Shown piece by piece: positions 51,675 through 62,938 of a DNA stretch of 64,000 nucleotides. The first letter of the stretch is position 1; each line of letters starts with the position of its first letter. The stretch comes from an uncultured Actinomycetes bacterium (lineage in GTDB: Bacteria > Actinomycetota > UBA4738 > JBBDHU01), in the NCBI GenBank assembly GCA_964640385.1, contig CAZXFL010000003.1, positions 100,725-164,724 on the forward strand, read 5' to 3'. The notes beneath the pieces are model-generated. The model searched no databases and was not told the origin of the DNA. It worked only from the letters and a program-made list of their open reading frames with translations. Position numbers and translations under genes: made by a program.

Positions 51675-54262
51675 TGGATCTGTCGAAGCTCACGCTGAAG
51701 TCGCAGACGGCGCTCGAGGGCGCCATCGACGAGGGCAAGCGCCAGAACCAGCAGGCGGTCGAACCCGAGCACGTGCTGTTCGCGCTGCTCTCGGACCCCG
51801 AAGGGGTCGTCTACCCGCTGCTGCATCACCTCGGGGTCTCCCCGCGGACGCTCCGCGATCGGGTTGCCGACGCGGTTGACAAGCTGCCGAAGGTGTACGC
51901 GCAGGGCGCGGCGGCGCAGGACGTGAGCCTGTCGCCACAGACGTCGCAGATGCTCGAGCGCGCGTTCGTGATCGCTCAGGAGATGACCGACGAGTACGTC
52001 TCGACCGAACACCTGCTACTAGCGATGCTCGACGGGACCGGTCCGGCGGCGGAGTTGCTCACCGAGGCGGGGCTGACGCGCGACAGCGCCTTGGCTGCTC
52101 TGGCTGAGGTCCGCGGGCGCCAGCGCGTGACCGACCAGAACCCTGAGGACAAGTACCAGGCTCTCGAGAAGTACGGGCGCGACCTGACCGACCTTGCGCG
52201 CGAGGGCAAGCTCGACCCCGTCATCGGCCGCGACGACGAGGTCCGCCGGATCATCCAGGTCCTGTCCCGGCGCACGAAGAACAACCCGGTGCTGATCGGC
52301 GAGCCCGGCGTCGGCAAGACGGCCATCGTCGAGGGCCTCGCGCAACGCATCGTGGACGGCGACGTTCCCGAGGGGCTGAAGGGCAAGCGCGTCGTCGGGC
52401 TGGATCTGGGCGCGATGGTCGCCGGCGCGAAGTACCGCGGCGAGTTCGAGGACCGGTTCAAGGCGGTTCTGAAGGAGATCACCGAGTCCGGCGGCCAGAT
52501 CATCACGTTCATCGATGAGCTGCACACCATCGTCGGCGCCGGTGCGGCCGAAGGTGCGATGGATGCGGGCAACATGATCAAGCCGATGCTGGCGCGCGGT
52601 GAACTGCGCGCGATCGGTGCGACCACCTTGGACGAGTACCGCACCAGCATCGAGAAGGACGCGGCCCTCGAACGCCGGTTCCAGCCTGTCTACGTCGAGC
52701 AGCCGTCGGTCGAGGACACGATCGCGATCCTGCGCGGCCTCAAGGAGCGCTACGAGGTTCACCATGGCGTCCGCATCCAAGACTCCGCGCTGGTCGCGGC
52801 CGCGATCCTGTCCGACCGCTACCTGTCCGGCCGGTTCCTGCCGGACAAGGCGATCGACCTGATGGACGAATCGGCCTCACGCCTGCGCATCGAGATCGAC
52901 TCGATGCCGGTCGAGATCGACGAGGTCGACCGTCGGGTCAAGCAACTCGAGATCGAACGCGCCGCGCTCAAGAAGGAGAAGGACGCCGCCTCCAAGGAAC
53001 GCCGGGAGAAGCTCGAGAAGGAACTGGCCGACCTCGGCGAGCGCAGCGAGGGCATGAAGGCGCACTGGGTCCGCGAGAAGGACCACATCGGCCGGATCCG
53101 AGGGCTGAACTCCGAGATCGAGGACGTCAAGGCCGACGCCGAACGCGCGGAGCGCGAGGGCAACCTCGAGCGTGCCGCCGAACTGCGCTACTCGCGGCTG
53201 GTCGAGCTTCAGAAGGAGATGGAGACCGAGAACGCCAAGCTCGCCGAACTCCAGTCGGATCTGAAGATGCTCAAGGAAGAGGTCGATGACGAGGATGTCG
53301 CCGAGGTTGTCTCGAAGTGGACCGGCGTCCCGGTCTCCAAGCTGATGGAGGGCGAGATCGGCAAGCTCGTCCGGATGGAGGACGAGCTGCACGAGCGCGT
53401 CGTCGGCCAGGACGAGGCGGTGGATGCGGTCTCGGACGCGATCCGGCGTTCGCGCGCGGGTCTGGCGGATCCACACCGCCCCATCGGCTCGTTCATGTTC
53501 TTGGGACCGACCGGTGTCGGCAAGACCGAGCTGGCGCGGGCGCTGGCTGAGTACCTGTTCGATGACGAACGCGCGATGGTGCGGATCGACATGAGCGAGT
53601 ACCAGGAGCGTCACGCGGTCTCGCGACTGGTCGGCGCGCCGCCGGGCTACGTCGGCTACGAGGAGGGTGGCCAGCTCACCGAATCGATCCGCCGCAGGCC
53701 GTACTCGGTCGTGCTGCTCGACGAGATGGAGAAGGCGCACCAGGACGTGTTCAACATCCTGCTGCAGGTCCTGGACGACGGGCGCCTGACCGACGGGCAA
53801 GGCCGCACGGTCGACTTCCGAAACGCGATCCTGATCATGACGTCGAACCTGGGGGGCGCGGTGTTCGCCGAGCCCGGGACCGACGAGGAGCACGAGGAAG
53901 CGGTGCTGGAAGCCGTCCGCGCAACGTTCCGCCCGGAGTTCATCAACCGGGTGGACGAGCTGCTGGTCTTCTCGCCCCTCAAGCGCGACGACATGGTCAA
54001 GATCGTCGACATCCAGATCGAGTTGCTGCGCAAGCGCCTCGAGGAGCGCCACGTGAAGCTGGACCTCTCCGACGGCGCCCTGCAGTACCTGGCGAACAAG
54101 GGCTACGACCTCGCGTACGGTGCCCGGCCGCTGAAGCGCCTGATCCAGAAGGAGCTGGTCGACGCCCTCGCCATCAAGCTGCTGAACGGCGAGATCGCCG
54201 ACGGAGCCACCGTTCGGGTGGACAGCGGCAATGGCGGCCTGACCTTGTCGCCGGGGGCCTGA
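51674..54262 (+). CDS. clpB: ATP-dependent chaperone ClpB
   Basis: Two AAA+ modules (GEPGVGKT; GPTGVGKT) with a coiled-coil middle domain. Full length, 862 aa. Confidence 0.95.
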   Translation: MDLSKLTLKSQTALEGAIDEGKRQNQQAVEPEHVLFALLSDPEGVVYPLLHHLGVSPRTLRDRVADAVDKLPKVYAQGAAAQDVSLSPQTSQMLERAFVIAQEMTDEYVSTEHLLLAMLDGTGPAAELLTEAGLTRDSALAALAEVRGRQRVTDQNPEDKYQALEKYGRDLTDLAREGKLDPVIGRDDEVRRIIQVLSRRTKNNPVLIGEPGVGKTAIVEGLAQRIVDGDVPEGLKGKRVVGLDLGAMVAGAKYRGEFEDRFKAVLKEITESGGQIITFIDELHTIVGAGAAEGAMDAGNMIKPMLARGELRAIGATTLDEYRTSIEKDAALERRFQPVYVEQPSVEDTIAILRGLKERYEVHHGVRIQDSALVAAAILSDRYLSGRFLPDKAIDLMDESASRLRIEIDSMPVEIDEVDRRVKQLEIERAALKKEKDAASKERREKLEKELADLGERSEGMKAHWVREKDHIGRIRGLNSEIEDVKADAERAEREGNLERAAELRYSRLVELQKEMETENAKLAELQSDLKMLKEEVDDEDVAEVVSKWTGVPVSKLMEGEIGKLVRMEDELHERVVGQDEAVDAVSDAIRRSRAGLADPHRPIGSFMFLGPTGVGKTELARALAEYLFDDERAMVRIDMSEYQERHAVSRLVGAPPGYVGYEEGGQLTESIRRRPYSVVLLDEMEKAHQDVFNILLQVLDDGRLTDGQGRTVDFRNAILIMTSNLGGAVFAEPGTDEEHEEAVLEAVRATFRPEFINRVDELLVFSPLKRDDMVKIVDIQIELLRKRLEERHVKLDLSDGALQYLANKGYDLAYGARPLKRLIQKELVDALAIKLLNGEIADGATVRVDSGNGGLTLSPGA

Positions 54263-54263
54263 C

Positions 54264-55118
54264 ATGGCACGGAGCCAAGCGCGCGGCGAGGATCCGGACC
54301 CGCAAACGAAGGTGGGCGCCCAGCATCTGTCGAGCATCATGGGCCCGTGGACCGACCGGTCGATCCGCCAACGGGCGATCGTGTTCGGCGCGCTCTGCGA
54401 AGCGATGGCGCTGTTCATGTTGATCCTGCTGGTCGCCGGTACGCCGATCCCGGCCAAGTTCGTGCTGTACGCGATGTTCGCCGGGCCGCTCCTCGCTCTG
54501 GCGTACTATGCCAGCCAGCACGCCCGCAAGACGCTGATCGACGAGGTCCACCGACTTGGCCTCCGCTTCTCGGCCAAGGACCCATTCAACCTACGAGCGC
54601 TCTCGCTTCCGGCTTTCCGAGCATCCGGGGAGCATCGAATCGAATGGGTTGGCTCCGGGGAGTGGCAGGGAGTCGAGGTGCTCCTGTTCGGCTACTACTA
54701 CTGCCCCGTCCTCGAGAAGAACGGCAAGAACCGAACGTGCGTGATCATCAAGCAGCCCTTCCATGCCCCGGCGCTCGACATCGGACGGGAGGACGCAGGC
54801 TCACGGCTTGCGGGAGCGCTCGGGCTGGACGATGTGCAGTTCGAGTCCGACGGGTTCAACGACACGTTCCGTGTCACCTCGGACGACAAACGATTCGCGT
54901 ATGCCTTGGTTGACCAGCGCATGATGGACTGGTTGGCAGCGGCACCGGTCTACGGGTTCCAGGTCGCTGGCAACGCCGTGATGGTGGTGGCGCCGCACGT
55001 GGTGCCGAAGGAGCTCGAGTCGTTCCTCGGTCTTGCGAAGGACTTCGTCGACCAGATCCCACGGGCCGTCCGAAGCCTCTATCGTGCCGAGCCGACCGTG
55101 ACCCGATGGGAAGCGTGA
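54264..55118 (+). CDS. DUF3137-like membrane protein, paralog 1
   Basis: N-terminal TM pair. Shares motifs with the next gene (YYY...FSC...TIGRE...GMxDxxFExxxFNxxFxV...DKRFAxxxVDxRMMxWL). Confidence 0.5.
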   Translation: MARSQARGEDPDPQTKVGAQHLSSIMGPWTDRSIRQRAIVFGALCEAMALFMLILLVAGTPIPAKFVLYAMFAGPLLALAYYASQHARKTLIDEVHRLGLRFSAKDPFNLRALSLPAFRASGEHRIEWVGSGEWQGVEVLLFGYYYCPVLEKNGKNRTCVIIKQPFHAPALDIGREDAGSRLAGALGLDDVQFESDGFNDTFRVTSDDKRFAYALVDQRMMDWLAAAPVYGFQVAGNAVMVVAPHVVPKELESFLGLAKDFVDQIPRAVRSLYRAEPTVTRWEA

Positions 55119-55201
55119 GACCACGTGCGTCTGCCGACCTGGGTTGAGCCGTCCGTGCCGGAGGTTGACCTTCGGTAGGCGCCTGACCGAGACTTCCCGT
55201 C

Positions 55202-55891
55202 GTGGAATGGTTGATCTTCGTCGGGATCGCGGTGTTGGTGGGCTGCATCGCCTACCTCTCCTACTACCTCAAGAAGAAGCGGCTCGCCGAGCTCAAGATG
55301 ATGGCTGCACAGCTCGGTCTGGAGTTCTGGGGCGAGGACATCGAGGGGCTGCTGCTGCACCCGTTCAGTCTGTTCCAGCGCGGGGACGGCAGGGGGGTCG
55401 AGAACGTGATGCGGGGCGAGTGGCAGGGTATCCCGCTCCGCCAGTTCGACTACTGGTACTACGAGGAATCGACCGATTCCGACGGCAACCGGTCGCGCTC
55501 CTACTCCCGCTTCTCGTGCGCGCTTGGCTGGATCGACGCGGCGTGCTCTCCGGTCACGATCGGGCGCGAGAACCTGTTCACGCGGCTCGCCGACCACATG
55601 GGCATGCCCGATATCGAGTTCGAGCTGGAGGAGTTCAACCACGCGTTCAACGTGAAAGGAAAGGACCGCAAGTTCGCGTTCGACTTCGTGGACGCGCGGA
55701 TGATGCGTTGGCTCCTGGACGTCGGGGGTGAGTTCGAGTTCGAGGTCGTGGCGAACGAGCTGCTCGCCTACTCGAAACGCCGACGACCCACCGAGCTGAT
55801 CCCCCTCCTGGGCACGCTCAAGGGGTTCCGGGAGCAGGTCCCGCGGGTGGTGTACGAGCTGTACGGGAGGGGCGGCTCGACGGTAGGGTGA
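55202..55891 (+). CDS. DUF3137-like membrane protein, paralog 2
   Basis: One N-terminal TM helix. Paralog of 54264-55118. Confidence 0.5.
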   Translation: MEWLIFVGIAVLVGCIAYLSYYLKKKRLAELKMMAAQLGLEFWGEDIEGLLLHPFSLFQRGDGRGVENVMRGEWQGIPLRQFDYWYYEESTDSDGNRSRSYSRFSCALGWIDAACSPVTIGRENLFTRLADHMGMPDIEFELEEFNHAFNVKGKDRKFAFDFVDARMMRWLLDVGGEFEFEVVANELLAYSKRRRPTELIPLLGTLKGFREQVPRVVYELYGRGGSTVG

Positions 55892-55925
55892 ACGCACGAA
55901 CGACGAAACAGGAGCGTGAGCAGAC

Positions 55926-56555
55926 ATGACACCCATCTACATCCTCATCGGCATCGTGGCGCTGATCGTGATCGTCGCGATCGTGTCCTACAACCGGTTC
56001 GTCTCGCAGCGGAACCTGATCCGGGATTCGTGGGCGAACATCGACACCGAGCTCCGGCGCCGGTACGACCTGATCCCGAACCTGATCGAGACGGTCAAAG
56101 GCTACGCCGCGCACGAGAAAGAGACCCTTGAGAACGTGACCAAGGCGCGGGCGATGGCCGTCGCTGCACAGGACCCCGAGGCCGCCGCGCAGGCTGACAA
56201 TATCCTGACCGCCGCCCTGCGTCAGCTGTTCGCGGTGTCGGAGAACTACCCGAACCTGAAGGCCAACGAGAACTTCCTGCAGTTGCAGAACGAGCTGGCG
56301 AACACCGAGGACAGGATCCAGACCTCACGCCGCTTCTACAACGCGAACGTGCGCGACTACAACCGTCGCGTGCAGTCCTTCCCGTCGATGATCATCGCGA
56401 AGTTCGGCAAGTTCACCGCGGAGAAGTTCTTCGAGATTGACGAGGCGATGCGCGAAGCGGGCCCACCGAAGGTGGACTTCGGCGGCGCCGGGGCCCCGGC
56501 TGCGGGTGCACCGCGTCCTGCGCCACCCGCCGCCTCAACTCCGCCTGCCGAGTAG
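55926..56555 (+). CDS. lemA: LemA family protein
   Basis: N-terminal TM followed by the LemA domain (YNRFVSQRNLIRDSWANIDTELRRRYDLIPNLIETVKGYAAHEKETLENV...FYNANVRDYNRRVQSFP). Confidence 0.85.
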   Translation: MTPIYILIGIVALIVIVAIVSYNRFVSQRNLIRDSWANIDTELRRRYDLIPNLIETVKGYAAHEKETLENVTKARAMAVAAQDPEAAAQADNILTAALRQLFAVSENYPNLKANENFLQLQNELANTEDRIQTSRRFYNANVRDYNRRVQSFPSMIIAKFGKFTAEKFFEIDEAMREAGPPKVDFGGAGAPAAGAPRPAPPAASTPPAE

Positions 56556-56581
56556 CAACCGGCTCGGGCGTTGCCCGGCGA

Positions 56582-57796
56582 TCAGGTCAACGTTCGCCGG
56601 ACGCGCCGCGTGAAGACCCACCAGCCGGTCGCGAACGCCAGCGATACGCCGGCCAGTGCGAGGACGGCGATCCTGGGACCCCACAGCGCCGCGGCGCCGG
56701 CGGCCAGGATCGCCGAGATCGAGAGCGTGAACGTGATCAGCGCGACGTCCATCGCGAAGATCCTTCCGCGTACGTAGTCCGGCACGATCTTCTGGAGCCC
56801 ATAGCTGGAGAGGGCCCACTGCGCGCCTCCGCCGAGGTGCGCCCCCGCCGCGCAGAGGGCGGCGACGAGCAGAGACGGTGCCAGCGGGAGGAACAGGTAG
56901 ACGACGCCGAAGGTGAACAGGGCGATGCCGATCGCGCGGAACAGGCCTCGCTCGGTGTCCCCGGCGATCGCGCGCCCGAGGAACGGGCCGGTCAGTGCAC
57001 CGACACCTCGGGCCGCCATCAGGATCCCGATCCCGATCGCGCCGCCGGCGAACACCTCATCGGACAGGATCGGCAGGAGCACGAGCCCGATGCCCCCGGC
57101 CAGCCCGAACCCGGCCTTCACGGTGATCAGCGCCGGGACGCGAGGGTCGGTGCGGGCGTACCGGAGGCTTTCGGCGACGTCTCGGAAGATCCTCGGCCGT
57201 CCTTTGGTCGCGGCGCGACGCTCGCTGAAACTGCGGGTGATCGTCGCCAGTAGCGCAGCGGAGACGGCGAACGAGATCGCATCGCCCAGGAACGCGGCTT
57301 CGCGTCCGAACACCGCCGCGACGAGTCCCCCGATCGCCGCACCGACCGCCAGCATGGTTCCCCACGTCGATCCGAGGATCGCGTTCGCCAGCAGCAGATC
57401 CTCGGGCTCGACGATGTTGGGGACCGCTGCGTTCGCGGCGGGATCGAAGAAGCCGGCGAGGGCGGACTCGATCGCTTGCAGCACGATCGCGAGCACGACG
57501 ACGTTGGCGGCGTCGAAGAACAGGAACACCACGATGACCGAGGCCCGGATCAGGTCCGTGGCGATCATCAGCTTGCGCCTGTCCAGCCGGTCGGCCAGGA
57601 CTCCTCCGAGCGGCGACACGAGGAAGAATGGCATCATCTGGACCACAACGACGAAACCCGCCAGGAGCTCTGTATCGGCCGTGCCTTCCAGCACCAGGTC
57701 GAACAGCGCGACGGTGAGGAACCAGTCCCCGGCGTAGGAGATGATTTGGGCGAAGAAGAGCTTGCGGAGGTCGCGGTTGCGCCGCAGCAGGTCCAT
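56582..57796 (-). CDS. MFS transporter
   Basis: 12-TM-like profile with MFS signatures ([13 protein letters not shown]; [11 protein letters not shown]). The start is uncertain (ATG 57796 or GTG 57851). The 683-aa ORF in the track is over-extended. Confidence 0.75.
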   Translation of the reverse strand: MDLLRRNRDLRKLFFAQIISYAGDWFLTVALFDLVLEGTADTELLAGFVVVVQMMPFFLVSPLGGVLADRLDRRKLMIATDLIRASVIVVFLFFDAANVVVLAIVLQAIESALAGFFDPAANAAVPNIVEPEDLLLANAILGSTWGTMLAVGAAIGGLVAAVFGREAAFLGDAISFAVSAALLATITRSFSERRAATKGRPRIFRDVAESLRYARTDPRVPALITVKAGFGLAGGIGLVLLPILSDEVFAGGAIGIGILMAARGVGALTGPFLGRAIAGDTERGLFRAIGIALFTFGVVYLFLPLAPSLLVAALCAAGAHLGGGAQWALSSYGLQKIVPDYVRGRIFAMDVALITFTLSISAILAAGAAALWGPRIAVLALAGVSLAFATGWWVFTRRVRRTLT

Positions 57797-57922
57797 CGAG
57801 GCCCGGAACCCGGACGGCTGCGGTGCGGCGGAGGTCTCGTCGGTGGTGGCCACGGCCCCCACGCTAGCAAGGGCGATAGGATGAGCCCCCGCGAGCAGGA
57901 TGGCGCCAGGAGGGCGCAAGGT

Positions 57923-58414
57923 ATGGCAGAATCGTTGGTCGGCGTGATCATGGGGTCGAAGTCGGACTGGGAGACGATGCGCCACGCCGTCGACACCCTC
58001 GAGAAGCTCGGTGTCCCCGCCGAAGCTGAGGTCATCTCGGCCCACCGGACACCGGACCGGCTGGTCGAGTACTGCGAGACGGCGCCGGAGCGTGGGCTCA
58101 AGGTCATCATCGCCGGGGCCGGGATGGCCGCGGCCCTGCCGGGTGCGACCGCCGCCAAGACCCAGCTCCCCGTGCTCGGGGTTCCGACGGAGTCCAAGCT
58201 GATGGGGCTCGACTCGCTGCTGGCGATGTCGCAGATGCCGGCGGGTATCCCGGTCGGCACCCTGGCCGTCGGGCGTGCCGGTGCCGTCAACGCGGCCCTG
58301 CTCTCCGTCGCGATCCTGGCGCTCTCGGATGACGCCCTTGCACAGCGGCTCCGGGAGTTCCGCGAGCAACAGACGGCCGACGGCCTGGCGAACGCGGATC
58401 CCACGGCGGACTGA
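57923..58414 (+). CDS. purE: N5-carboxyaminoimidazole ribonucleotide mutase
   Basis: [14 protein letters not shown]...[14 protein letters not shown]. Confidence 0.9.
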   Translation: MAESLVGVIMGSKSDWETMRHAVDTLEKLGVPAEAEVISAHRTPDRLVEYCETAPERGLKVIIAGAGMAAALPGATAAKTQLPVLGVPTESKLMGLDSLLAMSQMPAGIPVGTLAVGRAGAVNAALLSVAILALSDDALAQRLREFREQQTADGLANADPTAD

Positions 58415-58442
58415 GCGTGGGAAACCCAACCGAGGGGGAGTC

Positions 58443-59099
58443 ATGCTCGAAGGGTTCACCTGGTACAAGCAGGCGGCGTTCAAGTGGGAGACCGGCCACG
58501 GCCCGACCGTGTATCTCGATCCCTGGGGGATCCCCGACGACGCGCCCCCGGCCGACGCGATCTTCATCACCCACGCGCACTTCGACCACCTGTCGCCGCA
58601 GGACATCCACCGCATCCATGCCGAGGGAACCAAGCTCTTCGCGCCGGCCGACGTCGCGGCTGAACTCGCCGGCGACGTGACGCCGGTCGCGCCGGGCGAC
58701 GCGTTCGAGGTGCTGGGGATCGGCGTTCAGGCCGTCCCCGCGTACAACGTCCTCGAGGAGCGCCTCGATTTCCATCCGAAGGCGAACCGTTGGGTCGGGT
58801 ACGTGTTCACGACTCCCGGCGGCACGTACTACCACGCCGGGGATACCGATCACGTGGAGGAACTGAATGAGGTCCGGGCCGACGTCGCGTTCGTGCCGAT
58901 CGGCGGGACCTTCACCATGTCGCCACCCGAGGCGGCCGGCCTGGTGAAGGTCATCGGGCCGAAGGTGGCCGTGCCGATGCACTATGGATTCGTCGTCGGG
59001 GACCGTCGGGATGCCGACGTGTTCGCACAGGAAGCCGCACCCGTGCGGGTGGAAACGCTCGAACCCCAGCGCCCCTGGGGTGAGGGTGCCAGCGATTGA
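58443..59099 (+). CDS. MBL-fold metallo-hydrolase
   Basis: HxHxDH (ITHAHFDHL) with downstream His/Asp ligands (YHAGDTDH...PMHYG). Confidence 0.75.
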   Translation: MLEGFTWYKQAAFKWETGHGPTVYLDPWGIPDDAPPADAIFITHAHFDHLSPQDIHRIHAEGTKLFAPADVAAELAGDVTPVAPGDAFEVLGIGVQAVPAYNVLEERLDFHPKANRWVGYVFTTPGGTYYHAGDTDHVEELNEVRADVAFVPIGGTFTMSPPEAAGLVKVIGPKVAVPMHYGFVVGDRRDADVFAQEAAPVRVETLEPQRPWGEGASD

Positions 59100-59110
59100 A
59101 GGGGGAACGG

Positions 59111-59317
59111 ATGATGGGTGTCATCAAGACGATCGACCTGGTGGGGGTGTCGGCCGACTCGTGGCGCGACGCCGCGAATCAGGCGCTTGCCGAAGCTGCT
59201 AAGACCCTGCGCGGCATCGAGACGATGGACGTGCTCGAGACGAGCGCGATGGTCAAGGACAACGCGATCGCCGAGTACCACACGCACGTGCGCATCAACT
59301 TCCGTATCGAGCACTAG
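59111..59317 (+). CDS. dodecin-family flavin-binding protein
   Basis: About 68 aa: MMGVIKTIDLVGVSADSWRDAANQAL...HTHVRINFRIE, like actinobacterial dodecins. Confidence 0.7.
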   Translation: MMGVIKTIDLVGVSADSWRDAANQALAEAAKTLRGIETMDVLETSAMVKDNAIAEYHTHVRINFRIEH

Positions 59318-59341
59318 CCGGGAGCGACCCGGCCCGGGGGA

Positions 59342-59737
59342 TCAGCTCCAGCAGAAGACGACCAGGTCGAATCCGTGGTCGGCTTCGCCGCCGCCCGGTG
59401 CGAAGGTCGAGACCAGGACTTCCTTCGTGTTCGTGTACCGGGGCTGGACCGTGATGGAGCCGGGGTCGTCCGGCGTCACGATGCTCTTCTTCGCGCTGAG
59501 CGTGGCCTGATAGATGCATCCGGCGACGTTGTGGTTGTTGAACCGGACCCAATAGTCGCCGGTGTTGAGCTTGTCGGAACTCGCCCCGGTCGTCCCCTTC
59601 ACCATGGTGCCGTCGGCGCTCACCCGGGCCCGGAGCATCGTCGGCGGCGGCGGAGGATCGACGGCGCTCGCGATGCCGATGCCGGCGATCGCGAGGAGCA
59701 GGGCGCTCGCCAGCAGGGCGAGGATGTTCTTGGACAT
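59342..59737 (-). CDS. secreted hypothetical protein
   Basis: Signal peptide MSKNILALLASALLLAIAGIGIASA followed by a PPPPP linker. Confidence 0.5.
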   Translation of the reverse strand: MSKNILALLASALLLAIAGIGIASAVDPPPPPTMLRARVSADGTMVKGTTGASSDKLNTGDYWVRFNNHNVAGCIYQATLSAKKSIVTPDDPGSITVQPRYTNTKEVLVSTFAPGGGEADHGFDLVVFCWS

Positions 59738-59820
59738 GGTGGGCCCCCTTCGGGTTCGTTCACGCTGTGTAGGGACCGCACCATCCATCCTCCGCGATGA
59801 AGGGGGGCCGGGCAAGGACG

Positions 59821-60321
59821 TCAGGCGTCGAGTTCGCAGTCCAGGTAGCGGTTGACCCTGACTAGGGCCTGGGTCGCCGGATCGAGCGCCTCGAACGTCT
59901 CGACACCGTCCCCCAGGAGCCGGCTGCTCTCCAGGAGGGCTTCGGACCAGGCTCGAACCGACGCAGCCGCCTGCCCATGGCCCTCGTCCTTGAGGATGGC
60001 GGCCTGCCGTGCGGCGATCCTGACCCCCGCGCGCATCTGCCGTTCGGCGGCCTGCGGCTGGACCTTCTTCGTGATCAGTCTCGCTTCGATGCCGAGCACC
60101 AGTTCCTCGTCGATGCAGAAGCTGACCAGGACCGGGTCGTAGCCACCCTCCCCGAGTTCGGACGGGGGCGGCACGAACGGGATCGATGGGCTCGGCGACG
60201 GGGGCGGCGTGACCGGCGGGGGGCTGCTCTTCGGCGAAGGGGTGCACGCGACCAGGACCCATCCCAGGACCCACGCGAGGGCCAGGGCGGACACTGGCCG
60301 GAAGGCAGAGCGAACACGCAT
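59821..60321 (-). CDS. lipoprotein, function unknown
   Basis: Lipobox ALALAWVLGWVLVAC followed by a Pro/Ser-rich linker. Confidence 0.5.
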   Translation of the reverse strand: MRVRSAFRPVSALALAWVLGWVLVACTPSPKSSPPPVTPPPSPSPSIPFVPPPSELGEGGYDPVLVSFCIDEELVLGIEARLITKKVQPQAAERQMRAGVRIAARQAAILKDEGHGQAAASVRAWSEALLESSRLLGDGVETFEALDPATQALVRVNRYLDCELDA

Positions 60322-60388
60322 CGGTACCTATCGTACGGGCCGGCGTACGGGCCGGGCCCGTGACCCTGCCCGATACACTGAGGGAGTC

Positions 60389-61663
60389 ATGCCAGCCACC
60401 ATCGTTGTCGGGACACAGTGGGGGGATGAGGGCAAGGGCAAGGCCACCGATCTCCTGGCCGACCGGATGCACTACGTTGTCCGCTACCAGGGCGGGAACA
60501 ACGCGGGTCACACCATCCTCGCCGGTGGCCGCTTGCTCAAGCTCCAGTTGATCCCCTCGGGCATCCTGTATCCGCACATCACCTCGGTGATCGCCGATGG
60601 AGTGGTCGTGGATCCGCGGGTCTTGTTCGCTGAGATCGACACGCTCAAGGATCAAGGTATCGACACCTCCAAGCTCCGCATCTCAGGCAACGCGCACCTG
60701 ATCATGCCGTACCACCTGGAACTCGAGAAGGTCACGCAGCGGCACCTCGGACGCAATGCGCTTGGGACCACGAAGCGCGGGATCGGCCCGACCTACGCCG
60801 ACAAGGCTGCCCGCATCGGCATCCGCGTGCAGGATCTCCTCGATCCGAAGATCTTCCGGCAGAAGCTGGACGTCGTGCTCAAGGAGAAGAACGCGATCCT
60901 GACCAAGGTCTACGGCCGACTCCCGCTCGAGGCAGACTCGATCATCGAGGAGTACAAGGACTTCGGAGCCCGCCTCGAGCCGATGGTCGTGGAGTGCTCC
61001 AAGTTGCTCAACGACGCCCTGGACGCGGGGGAGAACGTGCTGCTCGAGGGTGCACAGGCCACGATGCTCGATCTGGATCACGGGACCTATCCGTTCGTTA
61101 CATCGTCGAATCCCGTCGCCGGCTACGCGCTGGCTTCGACCGGGATCGGTCCGAAGCACGTCGACCGGGTGATCGGGATCGTGAAGGCCTATGTCTCGAA
61201 GGTGGGAGCGGGCCCCTTCCCTACGAAGGATGCCGGAGAGGACGGCGCTCGGATGGTCGATGTCGGCAAGGAGTTCGGCACCAACACCGGGCGCAGACGC
61301 GACTGCGGGTGGTTCGACACGGTGGTCCTTCGTTACGCGGCGCGCGTGAACGGCCTGACGGAGTTGTTCCTGACGAAGCTCGATGTCCTGTCGGGGTTCT
61401 CGTCGCTGAAGGTGTGCACCGCCTATCGGAGCGGCGGGGAGATCTATGAGGACATGCCGGCTCACCAGTCCACGCTGCACCGCGCCGAACCCGTGTACGA
61501 GGAAGTCAAGGGCTGGGAGGAAGACCTGACCGAGGTCAACGCGTTCGAGGACCTGCCGGAAGCGGCCCAGGACTACATCCGCAGGATCGAGGAGTTGGTG
61601 GGCGTTCCCATCAAGGTTGCCTCGGTCGGGCCGGCACGCGAGCAGAGCCTCGAGGTGCCATGA
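60389..61663 (+). CDS. purA: adenylosuccinate synthetase
   Basis: QWGDEGKGK; GGNNAGHT; full-length PurA. Confidence 0.95.
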   Translation: MPATIVVGTQWGDEGKGKATDLLADRMHYVVRYQGGNNAGHTILAGGRLLKLQLIPSGILYPHITSVIADGVVVDPRVLFAEIDTLKDQGIDTSKLRISGNAHLIMPYHLELEKVTQRHLGRNALGTTKRGIGPTYADKAARIGIRVQDLLDPKIFRQKLDVVLKEKNAILTKVYGRLPLEADSIIEEYKDFGARLEPMVVECSKLLNDALDAGENVLLEGAQATMLDLDHGTYPFVTSSNPVAGYALASTGIGPKHVDRVIGIVKAYVSKVGAGPFPTKDAGEDGARMVDVGKEFGTNTGRRRDCGWFDTVVLRYAARVNGLTELFLTKLDVLSGFSSLKVCTAYRSGGEIYEDMPAHQSTLHRAEPVYEEVKGWEEDLTEVNAFEDLPEAAQDYIRRIEELVGVPIKVASVGPAREQSLEVP

Positions 61664-62928
61664 GGATCCTGGTCGTAGGCGGTGGCGGCCGCGAGCACGC
61701 CCTCGCCTGGCGCCTCGCCCAGAATCCGACCGTCGACCGCATCTACGCAGCCCCCGGCAACGCCGGCATCGCCGAGGAGGCCACGTGCGTCCCCGTATCC
61801 GCGGGTGACGTAACCGGGCTGGTCGAGTTCGTCGAGCGCAACGGCATCGACCTGACCGTGGTCGGCCCGGAGGCGCCGCTGGTCGCCGGGCTCGCCGACG
61901 AGCTCGACGCGCGCGCGTTCCCGGTGTTCGGGCCGTCCGCGGCTGCCGCACAGATCGAGGGGTCGAAGTCATGGGCCAAGGACATCTGCGAGCGGCACGG
62001 CATCGCGACCGCGCGCTCCGGCACCTTCAGCGACGTGGACGAGGCGCTCGCGTACCTGGACACGATGGAGGCGCCGTACGTGGTCAAGGCGGACGGGCTG
62101 GCGGCCGGCAAGGGCGTCGCGGTGACGGAGGACCGCGCCGAGGCCGACGCGTTCGTGCGGGCGATCCTGCTCGACCGGGTGTTCGGCGAAGCCGGCGCGA
62201 AGGTCCTGATCGAGGAGTACCTCGACGGGCGGGAGATCTCCGCGCTCTGTCTGACCGACGGCAAGGAGGTGCTGCAGCTCGCGCTCGCCCAGGACCACAA
62301 GCGGGTCGGCGACGGCGACACGGGGCCCAACACCGGCGGGATGGGCGCGTACTCGCCGCTGCCGTTCGTGAGCGACGACCTGGAGCGCTCGATCACCTGG
62401 GACACGCTGACGCAGGCGGTCCGCGCCCTCGAGGCCGAGGGCATCACCTACCGCGGCGTGCTCTACGCGGGGATGATGCTCACCGCCGACGGTCCGAGGC
62501 TGCTCGAGTTCAACTGTCGCTTCGGCGATCCGGAGACGCAGGTCATCGTTCCGCGGATGGCTTCGGACCTGGGCGAGCTCCTGCTGGCGTGCGTCGAGGG
62601 CAACCTCGGCAACTACAAGATGCTTTGGAAGCCCGAGTCCTGCGTCACCGTGACCCTGGCGTCGGCGGGCTACCCCGGACAGATCGAGACGGGGGTGCCG
62701 ATCGACGGCCTGCGCCAGGCCGAGGAGGTCGACGGCGTCGTCGTGTTCCACTCGGGGACCGCGATACGGGACGGTAGAGTGGTCACCTCCGGGGGGAGGG
62801 TGCTGTCGGTGAGCGCGATGGGGTCGGATCTCGCAGAGGCTCGGGAACGGGTCTACGCGGCGTGCGAGCGGATCTCGTTCGAGGGCATGCACTACCGGAG
62901 CGACATCGGCGAGAAGGCGTTCGCATGA
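61660..62928 (+). CDS. purD: phosphoribosylamine--glycine ligase
   Basis: MRILVVGGGGREHALAWRL...ATP-grasp fold. ATGA overlap with purA. Confidence 0.95.
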   Translation: MRILVVGGGGREHALAWRLAQNPTVDRIYAAPGNAGIAEEATCVPVSAGDVTGLVEFVERNGIDLTVVGPEAPLVAGLADELDARAFPVFGPSAAAAQIEGSKSWAKDICERHGIATARSGTFSDVDEALAYLDTMEAPYVVKADGLAAGKGVAVTEDRAEADAFVRAILLDRVFGEAGAKVLIEEYLDGREISALCLTDGKEVLQLALAQDHKRVGDGDTGPNTGGMGAYSPLPFVSDDLERSITWDTLTQAVRALEAEGITYRGVLYAGMMLTADGPRLLEFNCRFGDPETQVIVPRMASDLGELLLACVEGNLGNYKMLWKPESCVTVTLASAGYPGQIETGVPIDGLRQAEEVDGVVVFHSGTAIRDGRVVTSGGRVLSVSAMGSDLAEARERVYAACERISFEGMHYRSDIGEKAFA

Positions 62929-62938
62929 GGGGGCCGCG

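Noticed and set aside
56582-58633. 683-aa ORF extending the MFS transporter across purE
   Set aside because: The upstream ~260 codons are antisense to purE (57923-58414), a well-supported gene. The MFS domain begins at about 57796.
59342-60655. 437-aa minus-strand ORF
   Set aside because: Only the C-terminal ~132 aa (from MSKNIL..., with a signal peptide) is coherent. The rest overlaps the lipoprotein gene at 59821-60321 in another frame and the purA start region.
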